Source of the DNA: a virus
IMG/VR virus record: IMGVR_UViG_3300022864_000001
Location: 1 to 64,000 of that record
Direction: 5' to 3' (one strand)
Length of the DNA: 64,000 nt
Shown: one piece after another, positions 39,448-48,388 of the stretch
Layout: every line of letters starts with the position of its first letter
How positions within the stretch are numbered: the first letter of the stretch is position 1
Position numbers and translations under genes: made by a program
Notes under the pieces: generated by a model
What the model saw: the letters and a program-made list of their open reading frames with translations, nothing else
Database searches by the model: none
What the model was told of the DNA's origin: nothing

Positions 39448-41322
39448 ATGCATGCAGCAAGTTTGAGATTATTCAATGCCATTCAAGTGCGAAAGCGGGA
39501 GCCACTAGCCGTCCCACGGGGCGTCCTTGAGAGGACTATCAAGAACGGCTACATCCTTGATCCTGCAATCGAACCAAGCCCCGACCTGCTAAATACTATT
39601 GAGGGCATTGTGGGCATCTCTGGGGAGAAGGCCAGCGCTACCTTCCACAAATCTTGGGCAGTGGTGAGAGACAGCCCAATAGAGGTGCTTGTTTTGCAAC
39701 AGATATTCCATTACATCACAACCTATGGGTTTGAGGCACTGGGGGTGTACAGTGAAGATACCGTCTATATCCCCCGTGAGGCGCTGGAGCTCCCGGACAT
39801 TCAAGAAAACATCCCCCTCATTGTCATCAAGGCAATGACCGCCGGAGAGTTGTTGGATGTCACCGTTGGCCTGGGCTCGTCTGGCGTTGCCCTGATGCAA
39901 GAGACACTGGACGACATCATGGCCATCATTGAGGCTAACGAATACGACCCCGCTTTCATCGCCAAGATTACCAACCGCGAATTGAAGACCCTGCTCCTTG
40001 ACTTCTACCATGTCGTACCAGATGAACCAGTAGAGTACCTGCGCTGGCTGATCAGTAAGTTGACCGGGGAATCTCTACTGATTAAGAATGACTACCTCAT
40101 TAGCAAGATCAAGGATGCCAACGGAAAGTTCCTTGATCTATTGCTGGAGGACGCGCCTGACGACCTAGCCTCAATCTTCCTGCGCTACAAGCCGCTGTTC
40201 CTGGCGTTGAAGTCAATTTCCAAGGCTAAGCGCGGCTTTTTCAATCGCCTGCGGAAAGATGCGCGAAAGATGCACAAGCCACTGACGCCAGACTACCTGA
40301 ACAGCATCACGGCCCAAATCAAGCGCGGGGAATTGGATTTGACTACCCTGAAGCGCAGGTTAGAGACCGCAATTGTCTGGCGCAAGGCCCGCCTAGCCTG
40401 CGCCCTGCAATTCCGCCTCAATGCTGGCAATTCCACCATCTACCGTGTGCGTAACGGGCGTGGGTGGGCAACGGACTTTGAGTGGCCCGCTGACAAGGCA
40501 GAAACCGTCCAAGCTGTACTGGCCTTGGTCTTGGCCTCCATTGCCAATGACATTCGCCTGAACGTGGAGGGAAAGACCATCTACATTCCTGCTGATGTGG
40601 GCTATGCCCTCCCCGCTACAGAGAAGCAGTTCACTGGGCATTTCCCCAACGGGAGTTACGTTGCTGTTCCAGAGGATATGATTGTTGGTGTCCACTGGAC
40701 GAACACTGAGAACCGAGTAGACTTGGACTTATCAGTAATCAGCGCGTCGGGCAAGGTTGGTTGGGACAGTTCCTACCGAACTAGTTCCAGGGACGTGTTG
40801 TTCTCCGGGGACTTGACTGACGCGCCCAAGCCCAACGGTGCTTCTGAGCTATTCTACCTTCAGGCGGGGCAAACTCAAGCCAATGTTGTGATGTTGAATT
40901 ACTACAACTTCAGTGGCGGCGACCAGGTAGAAGCCAAGGTTCTGGTAGCGCATGATAAGCCAGATGTCTTTGACAAGAACTATGTAGTGGACGCAAGCAA
41001 CATTATTGCATCTGCCAACGTTAACATCGCGCAGAAGCAAAGCGTTCTGGGCCTAATCATCTGTGTCAACGCCAAGAACCGCTTTTACTTCGCCAACGCG
41101 AGCATCGGCAACTCCATCACATCTAGCAGCGGAGAACAGTCTGGACACGCACGGTCATTCCTAGTAGACAGCTTGGTGAACTCTGTGGGCCTTGGGGCAA
41201 TCTTGACAGCGGCTGGCGCGCACGTCGTTAATGAGAAACCTGGCGGAGAGTATTTGAACCTTGCCCCAGAGGCGCTGGATAAGACAACAATTCTAAATCT
41301 GCTTGGGGGGGGCAATGAGTGA
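39448..41322 (+). CDS. large alpha-helical (ROT/TROVE-like) protein with C-terminal TerD-like domain
   Basis: GAAGGAG RBS; TFHKSW..QQIFHYITTYG; C-terminal GVHW..RVDLDLS..GW..LFSGDLTDAP..GASELF matches the TerD-like end of MXAN_6230/SCO0854 (Prok-RING_4)-type proteins. Confidence 0.65.
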   Translation: MHAASLRLFNAIQVRKREPLAVPRGVLERTIKNGYILDPAIEPSPDLLNTIEGIVGISGEKASATFHKSWAVVRDSPIEVLVLQQIFHYITTYGFEALGVYSEDTVYIPREALELPDIQENIPLIVIKAMTAGELLDVTVGLGSSGVALMQETLDDIMAIIEANEYDPAFIAKITNRELKTLLLDFYHVVPDEPVEYLRWLISKLTGESLLIKNDYLISKIKDANGKFLDLLLEDAPDDLASIFLRYKPLFLALKSISKAKRGFFNRLRKDARKMHKPLTPDYLNSITAQIKRGELDLTTLKRRLETAIVWRKARLACALQFRLNAGNSTIYRVRNGRGWATDFEWPADKAETVQAVLALVLASIANDIRLNVEGKTIYIPADVGYALPATEKQFTGHFPNGSYVAVPEDMIVGVHWTNTENRVDLDLSVISASGKVGWDSSYRTSSRDVLFSGDLTDAPKPNGASELFYLQAGQTQANVVMLNYYNFSGGDQVEAKVLVAHDKPDVFDKNYVVDASNIIASANVNIAQKQSVLGLIICVNAKNRFYFANASIGNSITSSSGEQSGHARSFLVDSLVNSVGLGAILTAAGAHVVNEKPGGEYLNLAPEALDKTTILNLLGGGNE

Positions 41323-41876
41323 ATCTACTCCCTATCTAGGCCAAAAGGTTGTCTTGAACACATTGTTGTGCGAGGGTGATTTCCTGGGCGAGATAGTTGA
41401 AGTGCGCCCCGAACTCTTGCCCTACCCCCGTATGTGTGTTGTTAGGCTAGAATGCCAAGAAGCTCCTGTTTCTGGCGTGTTGTATTATGCTGAACGGCCA
41501 GAAGAGGTTTTAAATGTGTTGTGGCAAGTGTGTTGGCCTAGAAGCGAGAAGGGAGAGTAAAATGGACGAACGCGTGTGTGAGATATGGTTGCGAAACGAT
41601 GGACGTAATGAGCGCGTAGCCTCTTTGGCATATTGCCCTGGGGGCCCTCCAGAAATAGAGGTGTCGTTTAATCTGCGGACGTGGCGCCACCTAATGCTAT
41701 TGCTGGTGCTAGGTGCGCGATATGTTCTGAGCTGCAAGACCCGATTTGTCCTGCGAGACGAGCTGGTTATAGGCCGCGAGCAGGCTGGGCGGATTGCTGT
41801 ATTCCTAGGCAATTTCTTGGCGGATACACTAGTAGAGTAAAGTCTTTGTACAAAGACTTACAAGGAGAAGAATAAC

Positions 41877-42125
41877 ATGAGGCCGAAATGTTGGTATCAC
41901 ACACTTCCCGGCGTCATTGCAGCCATGGGTTGGATGAGCATTTTCGTTTATGCTATGCTACGCGCCTTGTCGGGCCATTGGTGGATGATAGTGGCGACAC
42001 TTACCATTACACTATTGGCAGGCGCTTTCAACACGGCCATAGCAATGCAGGCCCAACAGAAGAAGGGGGCTGTCAAGAAGAGGCCGTCGGTTGTCCCATT
42101 GCTACGGCGGCCAGGGACACATTAG
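41877..42125 (+). CDS. two-TM membrane protein, last + strand gene before convergence
   Basis: Two hydrophobic segments, basic tail. Confidence 0.6.
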   Translation: MRPKCWYHTLPGVIAAMGWMSIFVYAMLRALSGHWWMIVATLTITLLAGAFNTAIAMQAQQKKGAVKKRPSVVPLLRRPGTH

Positions 42126-42154
42126 CATAAAGTGTAAAGTTTGCCCGCGTACAT

Positions 42155-42421
42155 TTAATCTTGGCCTTGTGATACGTCGCGCACAAGCCAAAAGACGCGA
42201 CGCTCTCGCCCCTTTACGTATCTCAGGTCAGTAGCCAATTTCCCCTGCTTGACACCCTCGTTCAATCGCGTACGCCCAACAGACGGGGATAGCCTCTCGC
42301 CCGTCTTCTCCTCAACCCGATCCAGCCACTGGTCAATAGTATAGCTGTTGGGCGGGGCTATGCGGGGCGAGTTTAGCGCTATGATTTGGTCGAGTTCGTC
42401 TGTCCAAGCGTCTGGGTTCAT
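42155..42421 (-). CDS. small winged-helix-like protein
   Basis: ATGA overlap with phosphoesterase; GGAGG RBS. Confidence 0.6.
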   Translation of the reverse strand: MNPDAWTDELDQIIALNSPRIAPPNSYTIDQWLDRVEEKTGERLSPSVGRTRLNEGVKQGKLATDLRYVKGRERRVFWLVRDVSQGQD

Positions 42422-43293
42422 CCTCTATTCCCTCCAATTACTTCATGCCTGCGCAGGTCGTAGCGCTTGATTAGGGGTTCGACGCGTGCTATCTTCCCGT
42501 CCAGAATCTCTATAACCCACATCCCGACTACCAAATCGGAGGGGCTTTGCGCTACTTTACGCGCATGGCTACTGAGGCCACACATAGGCGGGAGAAGAAG
42601 CAACCAGGACGAGTGCATAACTTCTAGAAAGTAAATGGCCCTGAATTCGGGCGGAATAAATATGTGCCTATGCGCTCGCAGGAAGACTTTAGGAGGCGTC
42701 TTGCCACTATGGAGCAATTTGAGCATCGTGTCGCGCAGGTAAATGTTTCCGACATTCCCCTCCAGCCACTTCCTTTTGCCCGCTGAGGGCCCGTGGTGTG
42801 CGGCGTCGAAGGTGGCCCCGCCGATAGTCAGCACCGAGTGTGGGGTTGTTTTGATGTCACAGTCAGGGAATTCCAGCCGTAGCCTTTCAGCCACCAGTTT
42901 CTCAGTCCCCCCCCCCAGTGTGTGAACCCCCGTGCCAAGTACAAGCCGCATGGCCTCAACGTTGGAGATGGTAGTAAGCCAGGGGCGCAGGTTGGCCGTA
43001 GCGAGGCGGATTTGGTCGACGATGTCTACACACATAAGTTCGTCGACGTATTTGTTCCCGTGCGTTAAATCCCCGGCGTGAGACACTACTACTGGGTCAT
43101 CCTTGGCGAACCCCCGAACCCAGTCTATGCTCTGCGCGTAGAAGTCATATAAGCTGTGCTGGAATTTCGTCAGTGACGGCCCTCGCACACCAGGGCCATT
43201 AGGGTCGTCATCGCCAAGCACAGCTGACGGATTAGCCAAACACAGCCTGTGACCAGCATGGCTGTCAGCTAGGGCAACGTGAATGGTACGCAT
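42418..43293 (-). CDS. calcineurin-like metallophosphoesterase
   Basis: DSHAGH, GDLTHG, GTGVH, HHG, AHRH metal motifs. Confidence 0.8.
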   Translation of the reverse strand: MRTIHVALADSHAGHRLCLANPSAVLGDDDPNGPGVRGPSLTKFQHSLYDFYAQSIDWVRGFAKDDPVVVSHAGDLTHGNKYVDELMCVDIVDQIRLATANLRPWLTTISNVEAMRLVLGTGVHTLGGGTEKLVAERLRLEFPDCDIKTTPHSVLTIGGATFDAAHHGPSAGKRKWLEGNVGNIYLRDTMLKLLHSGKTPPKVFLRAHRHIFIPPEFRAIYFLEVMHSSWLLLLPPMCGLSSHARKVAQSPSDLVVGMWVIEILDGKIARVEPLIKRYDLRRHEVIGGNRG

Positions 43294-43345
43294 GGAATCT
43301 CCTTGTTGGCTAGACATTCATAGGGCAACGCGGTTTTACATTGCT

Positions 43346-43374
43346 ATTATAGCACACGCGGGGAATCTTGTCAA
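43346..43374 (-). promoter_or_regulatory. sigma70-type promoter for the phosphoesterase
   Basis: TTGACA-17-TATAAT on the minus strand. Confidence 0.8.
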
Positions 43375-43415
43375 ATGCGGGAGGGCACAAGGTGTAGTGT
43401 TCCCGCGAGGCCACT

Positions 43416-43601
43416 CTACTGTCTGTAGAACGCGTAGTACCAGAACACAGAAAACGTACAGGGGATCAGGCCGAATGTCGTAATGATAACCGGCATGGGC
43501 CAATCTCGCGCTAATCCCGCGTAAGTTAGGGCAGAGAACGCTGCCGCCAGCAGCCAGCACACCCCTGCCCGCCTCCTCCGTTGCCTATGTGGCATCAACA
43601 T
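43416..43601 (-). CDS. small two-TM protein (holin-like?)
   Basis: Basic N-terminus, two TM segments, late-arm end position. Confidence 0.45.
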   Translation of the reverse strand: MLMPHRQRRRRAGVCWLLAAAFSALTYAGLARDWPMPVIITTFGLIPCTFSVFWYYAFYRQ

Positions 43602-43645
43602 GTTTTACCCCTGGGCTACGCCCTTGATGGCCGCGCTCAATTCCT

Positions 43646-44362
43646 CTACGCGCCCATCCCGCCGCCGTTGAGTAGCTTGATGAGCTTCTTTTCGACCCCG
43701 CCAATCCTTTCCGCTTGCTCCCCTTGCTCGCTCAGCATCCGGTCCATCCGATGTCCCATGCTGCTCATCTGCCGGCCCAGGTCGTCGAACCTGTCCATCA
43801 TGCGGCTCTCGCTATGTGCCACAGTGACGTCCGTGCCTGGATAGAATGCCGGTATCTGGAGCGAGTCCGTCAGCGTCTCCATCTGCTCCTGAGCGATTTG
43901 GTGGGCCCCGCGCAGGTCTGCGCCGTTAGAGAAGGCACGGACAAACTCGACATCGTAGATAGCTGCACCGTCATCGTCGACAGCGGTAGGCATAGCGATG
44001 ACGGAAAAGCCTGCCCTATTGATCTCCTCTGCCAAGCTGGTTTGCGTGCGCCTGCCGTGTCTGGCGCTGTTGCAGGATGACAGCAACACCACCTTTGGGT
44101 TGGCGGCAGAGATATACCGCGCCAGCCAGTGCGATGTTAAGCATCCATCGGCCACAAAAAACTTGCCCGGTTCACCATGCCCAGCGAACAGGAGTACGTC
44201 GCGGCCCTGCTTCAGCCTGGTCTGCACCCTGCTTCGGGTCACGTTCTTACCCACGAGGACATCCAGCGTGACGCCAGGCATGTCCCCAATTTGGTCAATC
44301 TCGTCCCACGTATTGAGTTTCGGCAAACCCTCAACTTCCGGGGCAATAAAGAGAACTTTCAT
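43646..44362 (-). CDS. CHAT-domain (caspase-fold) protein with C-terminal coiled coil
   Basis: LLFAGHG and VVLLSSCNS dyad motifs, VIAM...V.DDGA. Confidence 0.75.
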   Translation of the reverse strand: MKVLFIAPEVEGLPKLNTWDEIDQIGDMPGVTLDVLVGKNVTRSRVQTRLKQGRDVLLFAGHGEPGKFFVADGCLTSHWLARYISAANPKVVLLSSCNSARHGRRTQTSLAEEINRAGFSVIAMPTAVDDDGAAIYDVEFVRAFSNGADLRGAHQIAQEQMETLTDSLQIPAFYPGTDVTVAHSESRMMDRFDDLGRQMSSMGHRMDRMLSEQGEQAERIGGVEKKLIKLLNGGGMGA

Positions 44363-44376
44363 GTTGTTGTGCCTCA

Positions 44377-44721
44377 CTACTCAATCGGTGGTGCAGCGCC
44401 CAGATACTCGGTACTGCACCAGCCACCGTTATCATCCCAAACCACGAATGACCAACCGTCATCGCGGTCGCACCACACCTCTACCACTTGCCCAGAGGCA
44501 ATAGAATGAGTGATCTTTACCTCTGGGCTTAGGCTTGGGAACTCGCGCACGTTCAGCGCGTCAGCCATTACAGTACGTATAGCTAATGGTATCTCCACGT
44601 CTACCAGAACATCAATGGCAGTCTCTTGTGCCTCGGCAAACGTTACCTCCGGCTTGTGCGAACACAACAGCGCAGCGAAATGGAGAACTTGATCGTTCAC
44701 CTGAGCAACTTTAGCAGCCAC
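44377..44721 (-). CDS. SH3b-domain protein
   Basis: ALNVREFPS..GQVVEV..DGWSFV..GWCSTEYL. Confidence 0.75.
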   Translation of the reverse strand: MAAKVAQVNDQVLHFAALLCSHKPEVTFAEAQETAIDVLVDVEIPLAIRTVMADALNVREFPSLSPEVKITHSIASGQVVEVWCDRDDGWSFVVWDDNGGWCSTEYLGAAPPIE

Positions 44722-45236
44722 AGTACGAATCTCCGCAGGAGTAGTCGCAACCAGCCTGACCCGTCTACAATCTGGAAGACCATGAACAGAGGCCCTGCGT
44801 GGTTCGTACCGCCCAACATCCCTACACCAGCCAGGCCATCAGACGGATAAGATGGGCTGAGCACCCATACTGTATGAGGCCCACCCACCTCTAGGTCGTC
44901 GATGTACGATCCTGCCCCGATACCAAACCCGGTATGGCCGTTGCTGTTCGTCGTTTGCACACAGGCATAGTCTTTCCATAGAGTTTGGAGCCCGCCATCT
45001 CTCAGGTCTCTTAGCGTATCATCGGGCCAGTGATTCGCGATCGGTTGATCAGTCACGGGAAAGCCCTCTACGCTAAACACCTGGGCCTTGATGAGCGCAG
45101 GGCCGATAGTCTCGTGTATCTCTGTAAGGGCAAACTTGACCCTGCCAGGGGCTTCCAGGACCCTTACGTTGCCATACCGGGCCTGTAACCAAAGCAAATC
45201 CCTCTCTGCGCCACTTGTATCAAACACTTTCAACAT
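44697..45236 (-). CDS. hypothetical protein, possibly cell-wall associated
   Basis: In the putative lysis region; amphipathic C-terminus. Confidence 0.55.
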   Translation of the reverse strand: MLKVFDTSGAERDLLWLQARYGNVRVLEAPGRVKFALTEIHETIGPALIKAQVFSVEGFPVTDQPIANHWPDDTLRDLRDGGLQTLWKDYACVQTTNSNGHTGFGIGAGSYIDDLEVGGPHTVWVLSPSYPSDGLAGVGMLGGTNHAGPLFMVFQIVDGSGWLRLLLRRFVLWLLKLLR

Positions 45237-45412
45237 TCTCTATCTCCTCCTCTAGTCTTAGAAGACGTTCCCACATAGGCAACAGTGTGATGGCTGCCAA
45301 TGGGACAGACCCGGCGGTAATGACAACAACTATGCCATCAGTTACAACTCTATCCAGCCACTCATCAAATTGCTCCTCAAAATCATCGAATTCTACACTA
45401 TACTCATTCACG

Positions 45413-48121
45413 TCAATCTCCCATGGGCCAGCATCTAACATCGCCCGTGTTTAGGTCTATCTCGCATCGCAGGCGCAAGACATTGCTTATTGGCGTTTCT
45501 GTTGGCACGCTAGTTGGCGTGTTTGTTGGTACACTAGTTGCAGTCGGGGTGCTCGTATGCGTTGGGGTGCTTGTTGGCGTATACGTTGGAGTGCTCGTAT
45601 ACGTTGGAGTGCGCGTTGGAGTGCTCGTTGGCACGCTAGTTGGCGGGACAGCGACTCTCTGCACCAACACAGCCCAATCGCTCGTAGGAGAATGCGGCGG
45701 GCTCAGCGATCGGCCTACTATCTCCGGCGTGCCCACAAATTGCCCTGTGCGTGGATTGTACCACCTTGCCTCAAACGTACCCAGTGGCAAGTTGAGGCGC
45801 AGCGTGCCGCCCAATGGCAAGTATAGAGCGTAGACCTCGCCGTGCTTGGCGAATACTTGCCCGTCGCCAGTCAATAGACTGTCAGCGGGTGTCATCTCCC
45901 AGAACGGCAACAGATCCATGAAGTCGCGGGCATAGCCTGCCCAGAGCCACAGGTCGTCATATATGCTGAAATTGTCCGTCTGCAGGAAGCTGTCAAGAAT
46001 GAACTCAACGTGTCCGCCTGACAACAGAATAGGCCATAGTATCTCGCGTCGTTGGTCGGCCATGTTATCTGGTGTTGTTACGCGCAGTTCGTCCAGACAG
46101 ATAGGCAACGCTCTACCTGATTGCTCCGTCAGTTCTCGCCACTTCTCCACCTCCCCTGTTCCTTGCCAGAATTGCAATGACGTTGTACTGAAGAGTGGAT
46201 CGCCCAGGAACGGTCGCCACGCAGGGTCGGGGTCATAACTATTGTGCACCGTAATCGGGTGATCATAGGGATCAAGTGCCTGTATCCATGCTGCCCATTC
46301 CTTCACCGTATCCGGTGTCAGCGGCAGGTCGTAGTTGTACTCTTCGCAGATATTCCACTGTAGAGCCAGGTGATGTCCGAAGCGTGCAACCAGCTCGCGG
46401 TAGAACAGCTTGCGCTCCACGCCCAACGTAGCGTTGTCCAAATATCTCTTGTTGGCCTCCTCCGCTTCATTCAGAACAACGTGCAGCATGATACCACGCG
46501 ATTGGGCGTGGTCGAAGATAGACTCCCATCGTTCCAATTCAGAGACGTTATAGCGCAACTTGTCGTTGCCGACAAATGGATGGGTGTCACCGTCTCCGTC
46601 GCCGCCGATGTTCATGGGCAAGAAGTAGATACTATTGACGCCATTGTTAGCAAGATAGTCCAACGCCCCCTGTGGCCCGCCGTGTGCTGTGAAGTCGTGT
46701 GCCAGGAAGTTTTCTGGTGAGCCTGTGCCCGTTTTGACAAAGTAATCGCCATCTCGATACTTGAGATAGTACCCGCCAACGTATTCTAGACGACTAGGGC
46801 TATTGCTTGGTTCTACCAGGAACGTCCCTGTCTGCCCATCGAAACCAACGGATGTTCCCGAATTGGGAACAACTGCGACTCCAGCCCCCTTACGGAAGCT
46901 CACCCGATACGCCCACGTACCAAGCTCGTCAGGGCTAAAGCGCACCTTCCAGGTGTTGTTATCGGCGTAGAAACCAGGCACAACATACTGACTGGACGGG
47001 CCAGTAAACGTCACGTCCAGACGATAATCTAAGAACGGATTGCCTGTCGGTTGGGCAGTAAACTCCAGTTCCAGCTTATTCCATTTGCCTACAATATTGT
47101 TTGGGGGTGGCGTAGGCATAGAGTCTTCCATTGCAGCATCAAAAGCGGCAAAGCCGGGCCACTGCGAGGCTGCTGTGAGCGTCTCCCCCCCCTGGAAACA
47201 CAAGAAGTCAGCTTCGGGTAATGCCCAGGCCGCGAGGTTGTCAAATCTCTCATTGAGCCAGTTACCATTGGCATCTTTCAGCAAGTCTGGATGTCCTATC
47301 TCGTATCCGAAACGACCGTCACGTGATTGGAACAGTTCGCCATAGGCCATATTAGACCTGTGCCGGATTTCATCTTTCCCATCCCCTACGTTGTCGGGAT
47401 CTAGTCCAGCCCACTTGAAACACACCCTGTCATTATTGGCAAAAGTGTTTACGAGGTGCTGGTCGGTATCCATCCGTCCTAACTGTACCATGATTGGCAC
47501 ATCTAGGTTCTGGAGGTACAGCTCTACCAACCCCTGTGTCGCTATAGCGTATGCGCTATCGAAGCCGTCTATGCCATAATAATCAGCGAGGTGTTGTTCC
47601 ATGTCGCATCGAAAAAGCTGTGTTTCGCCAAAAGCGCCGCCCGACATGGTTACAACGCCCGCTGCGCCACCCAAGTGCCCGTTGAGGGCTTGTAACAACA
47701 GTTCTAGCCTGTGCATATAAACAGGGTCAAACGGCGCGAAGATACCGTTCTGGTTGTTAGAACACGTCCCCGTATGCCATACCGCCCCCATGTCTACGAG
47801 CCAACTGGGCGCTTTGGGTACGTCGTATAGGTCTGCCCCCTCGGTTTGAATGGACAACCATACTTGTACGTCTGGATGACTATCGAGGAGATTGTCTATT
47901 CCGCTGAGGTCATAGCGACCAGGTTCGGGTTCGAGCTCACGCCAAAAAACGCCTTTGTTCATACACGTCTCATAGCCCCAATCCACACTGGTGGGTAATT
48001 TGCCCGGAATCCAGTGACATGCGCCTATGCCACTGACCGCGGGCGTATCATTGAGCGGGGCTATATTGCAGGCTGCCAGCAAGAATATAGCTACGATAGC
48101 CGGCCAGATGCGGCGCTTCAC
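45413..48121 (-). CDS. multidomain glycoside-hydrolase-like lipoprotein (GH TIM barrel + DUF5060 + DUF4038-like + collagen-binding-like + PT repeats)
   Basis: LLAAC lipobox; WRELEPEPGRYD; NPF..VTF..GFY..WKVRFSP..G.W; WNICEE; RWYNPRTG; (TPT)n tail. Confidence 0.75.
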   Translation of the reverse strand: MKRRIWPAIVAIFLLAACNIAPLNDTPAVSGIGACHWIPGKLPTSVDWGYETCMNKGVFWRELEPEPGRYDLSGIDNLLDSHPDVQVWLSIQTEGADLYDVPKAPSWLVDMGAVWHTGTCSNNQNGIFAPFDPVYMHRLELLLQALNGHLGGAAGVVTMSGGAFGETQLFRCDMEQHLADYYGIDGFDSAYAIATQGLVELYLQNLDVPIMVQLGRMDTDQHLVNTFANNDRVCFKWAGLDPDNVGDGKDEIRHRSNMAYGELFQSRDGRFGYEIGHPDLLKDANGNWLNERFDNLAAWALPEADFLCFQGGETLTAASQWPGFAAFDAAMEDSMPTPPPNNIVGKWNKLELEFTAQPTGNPFLDYRLDVTFTGPSSQYVVPGFYADNNTWKVRFSPDELGTWAYRVSFRKGAGVAVVPNSGTSVGFDGQTGTFLVEPSNSPSRLEYVGGYYLKYRDGDYFVKTGTGSPENFLAHDFTAHGGPQGALDYLANNGVNSIYFLPMNIGGDGDGDTHPFVGNDKLRYNVSELERWESIFDHAQSRGIMLHVVLNEAEEANKRYLDNATLGVERKLFYRELVARFGHHLALQWNICEEYNYDLPLTPDTVKEWAAWIQALDPYDHPITVHNSYDPDPAWRPFLGDPLFSTTSLQFWQGTGEVEKWRELTEQSGRALPICLDELRVTTPDNMADQRREILWPILLSGGHVEFILDSFLQTDNFSIYDDLWLWAGYARDFMDLLPFWEMTPADSLLTGDGQVFAKHGEVYALYLPLGGTLRLNLPLGTFEARWYNPRTGQFVGTPEIVGRSLSPPHSPTSDWAVLVQRVAVPPTSVPTSTPTRTPTYTSTPTYTPTSTPTHTSTPTATSVPTNTPTSVPTETPISNVLRLRCEIDLNTGDVRCWPMGD
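45495..45645 (-). repeat. imperfect 18-bp tandem repeats encoding a Pro/Thr-rich linker
   Basis: CGTTGGAGTGCTCGTATA-like units. Confidence 0.7.
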
Positions 48122-48388
48122 TGTGCTTCCTCTTGCGGCGCTTCTTTCTGGCGTCGCAATTCGGCCAGCTCTTGTAACGCCCGCGCCAATACTTGTGTAG
48201 CCTGCCCCGCCGCGTCATGCGCCTCGCGGTTCATCTGCGTCCGTGCAGCGATGCTGTCTAGGATCTGAAGTGCCTGCAGCTCATTCATGTTATTCTCCTA
48301 TCAAATTGTATTTGCGTACTTTCTCGCGACAGTTTACCATAAACTTGTGGGCCTGTCAAGCCACAAGATTGTCATCAGCCTACAAGCC

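Noticed and set aside
272-41858. CRISPR array or integron attC sites from the repeated palindrome
   Set aside because: Copies are 16-18 bp and irregularly spaced by hundreds of bases to over 10 kb, with no cas or integrase gene seen.
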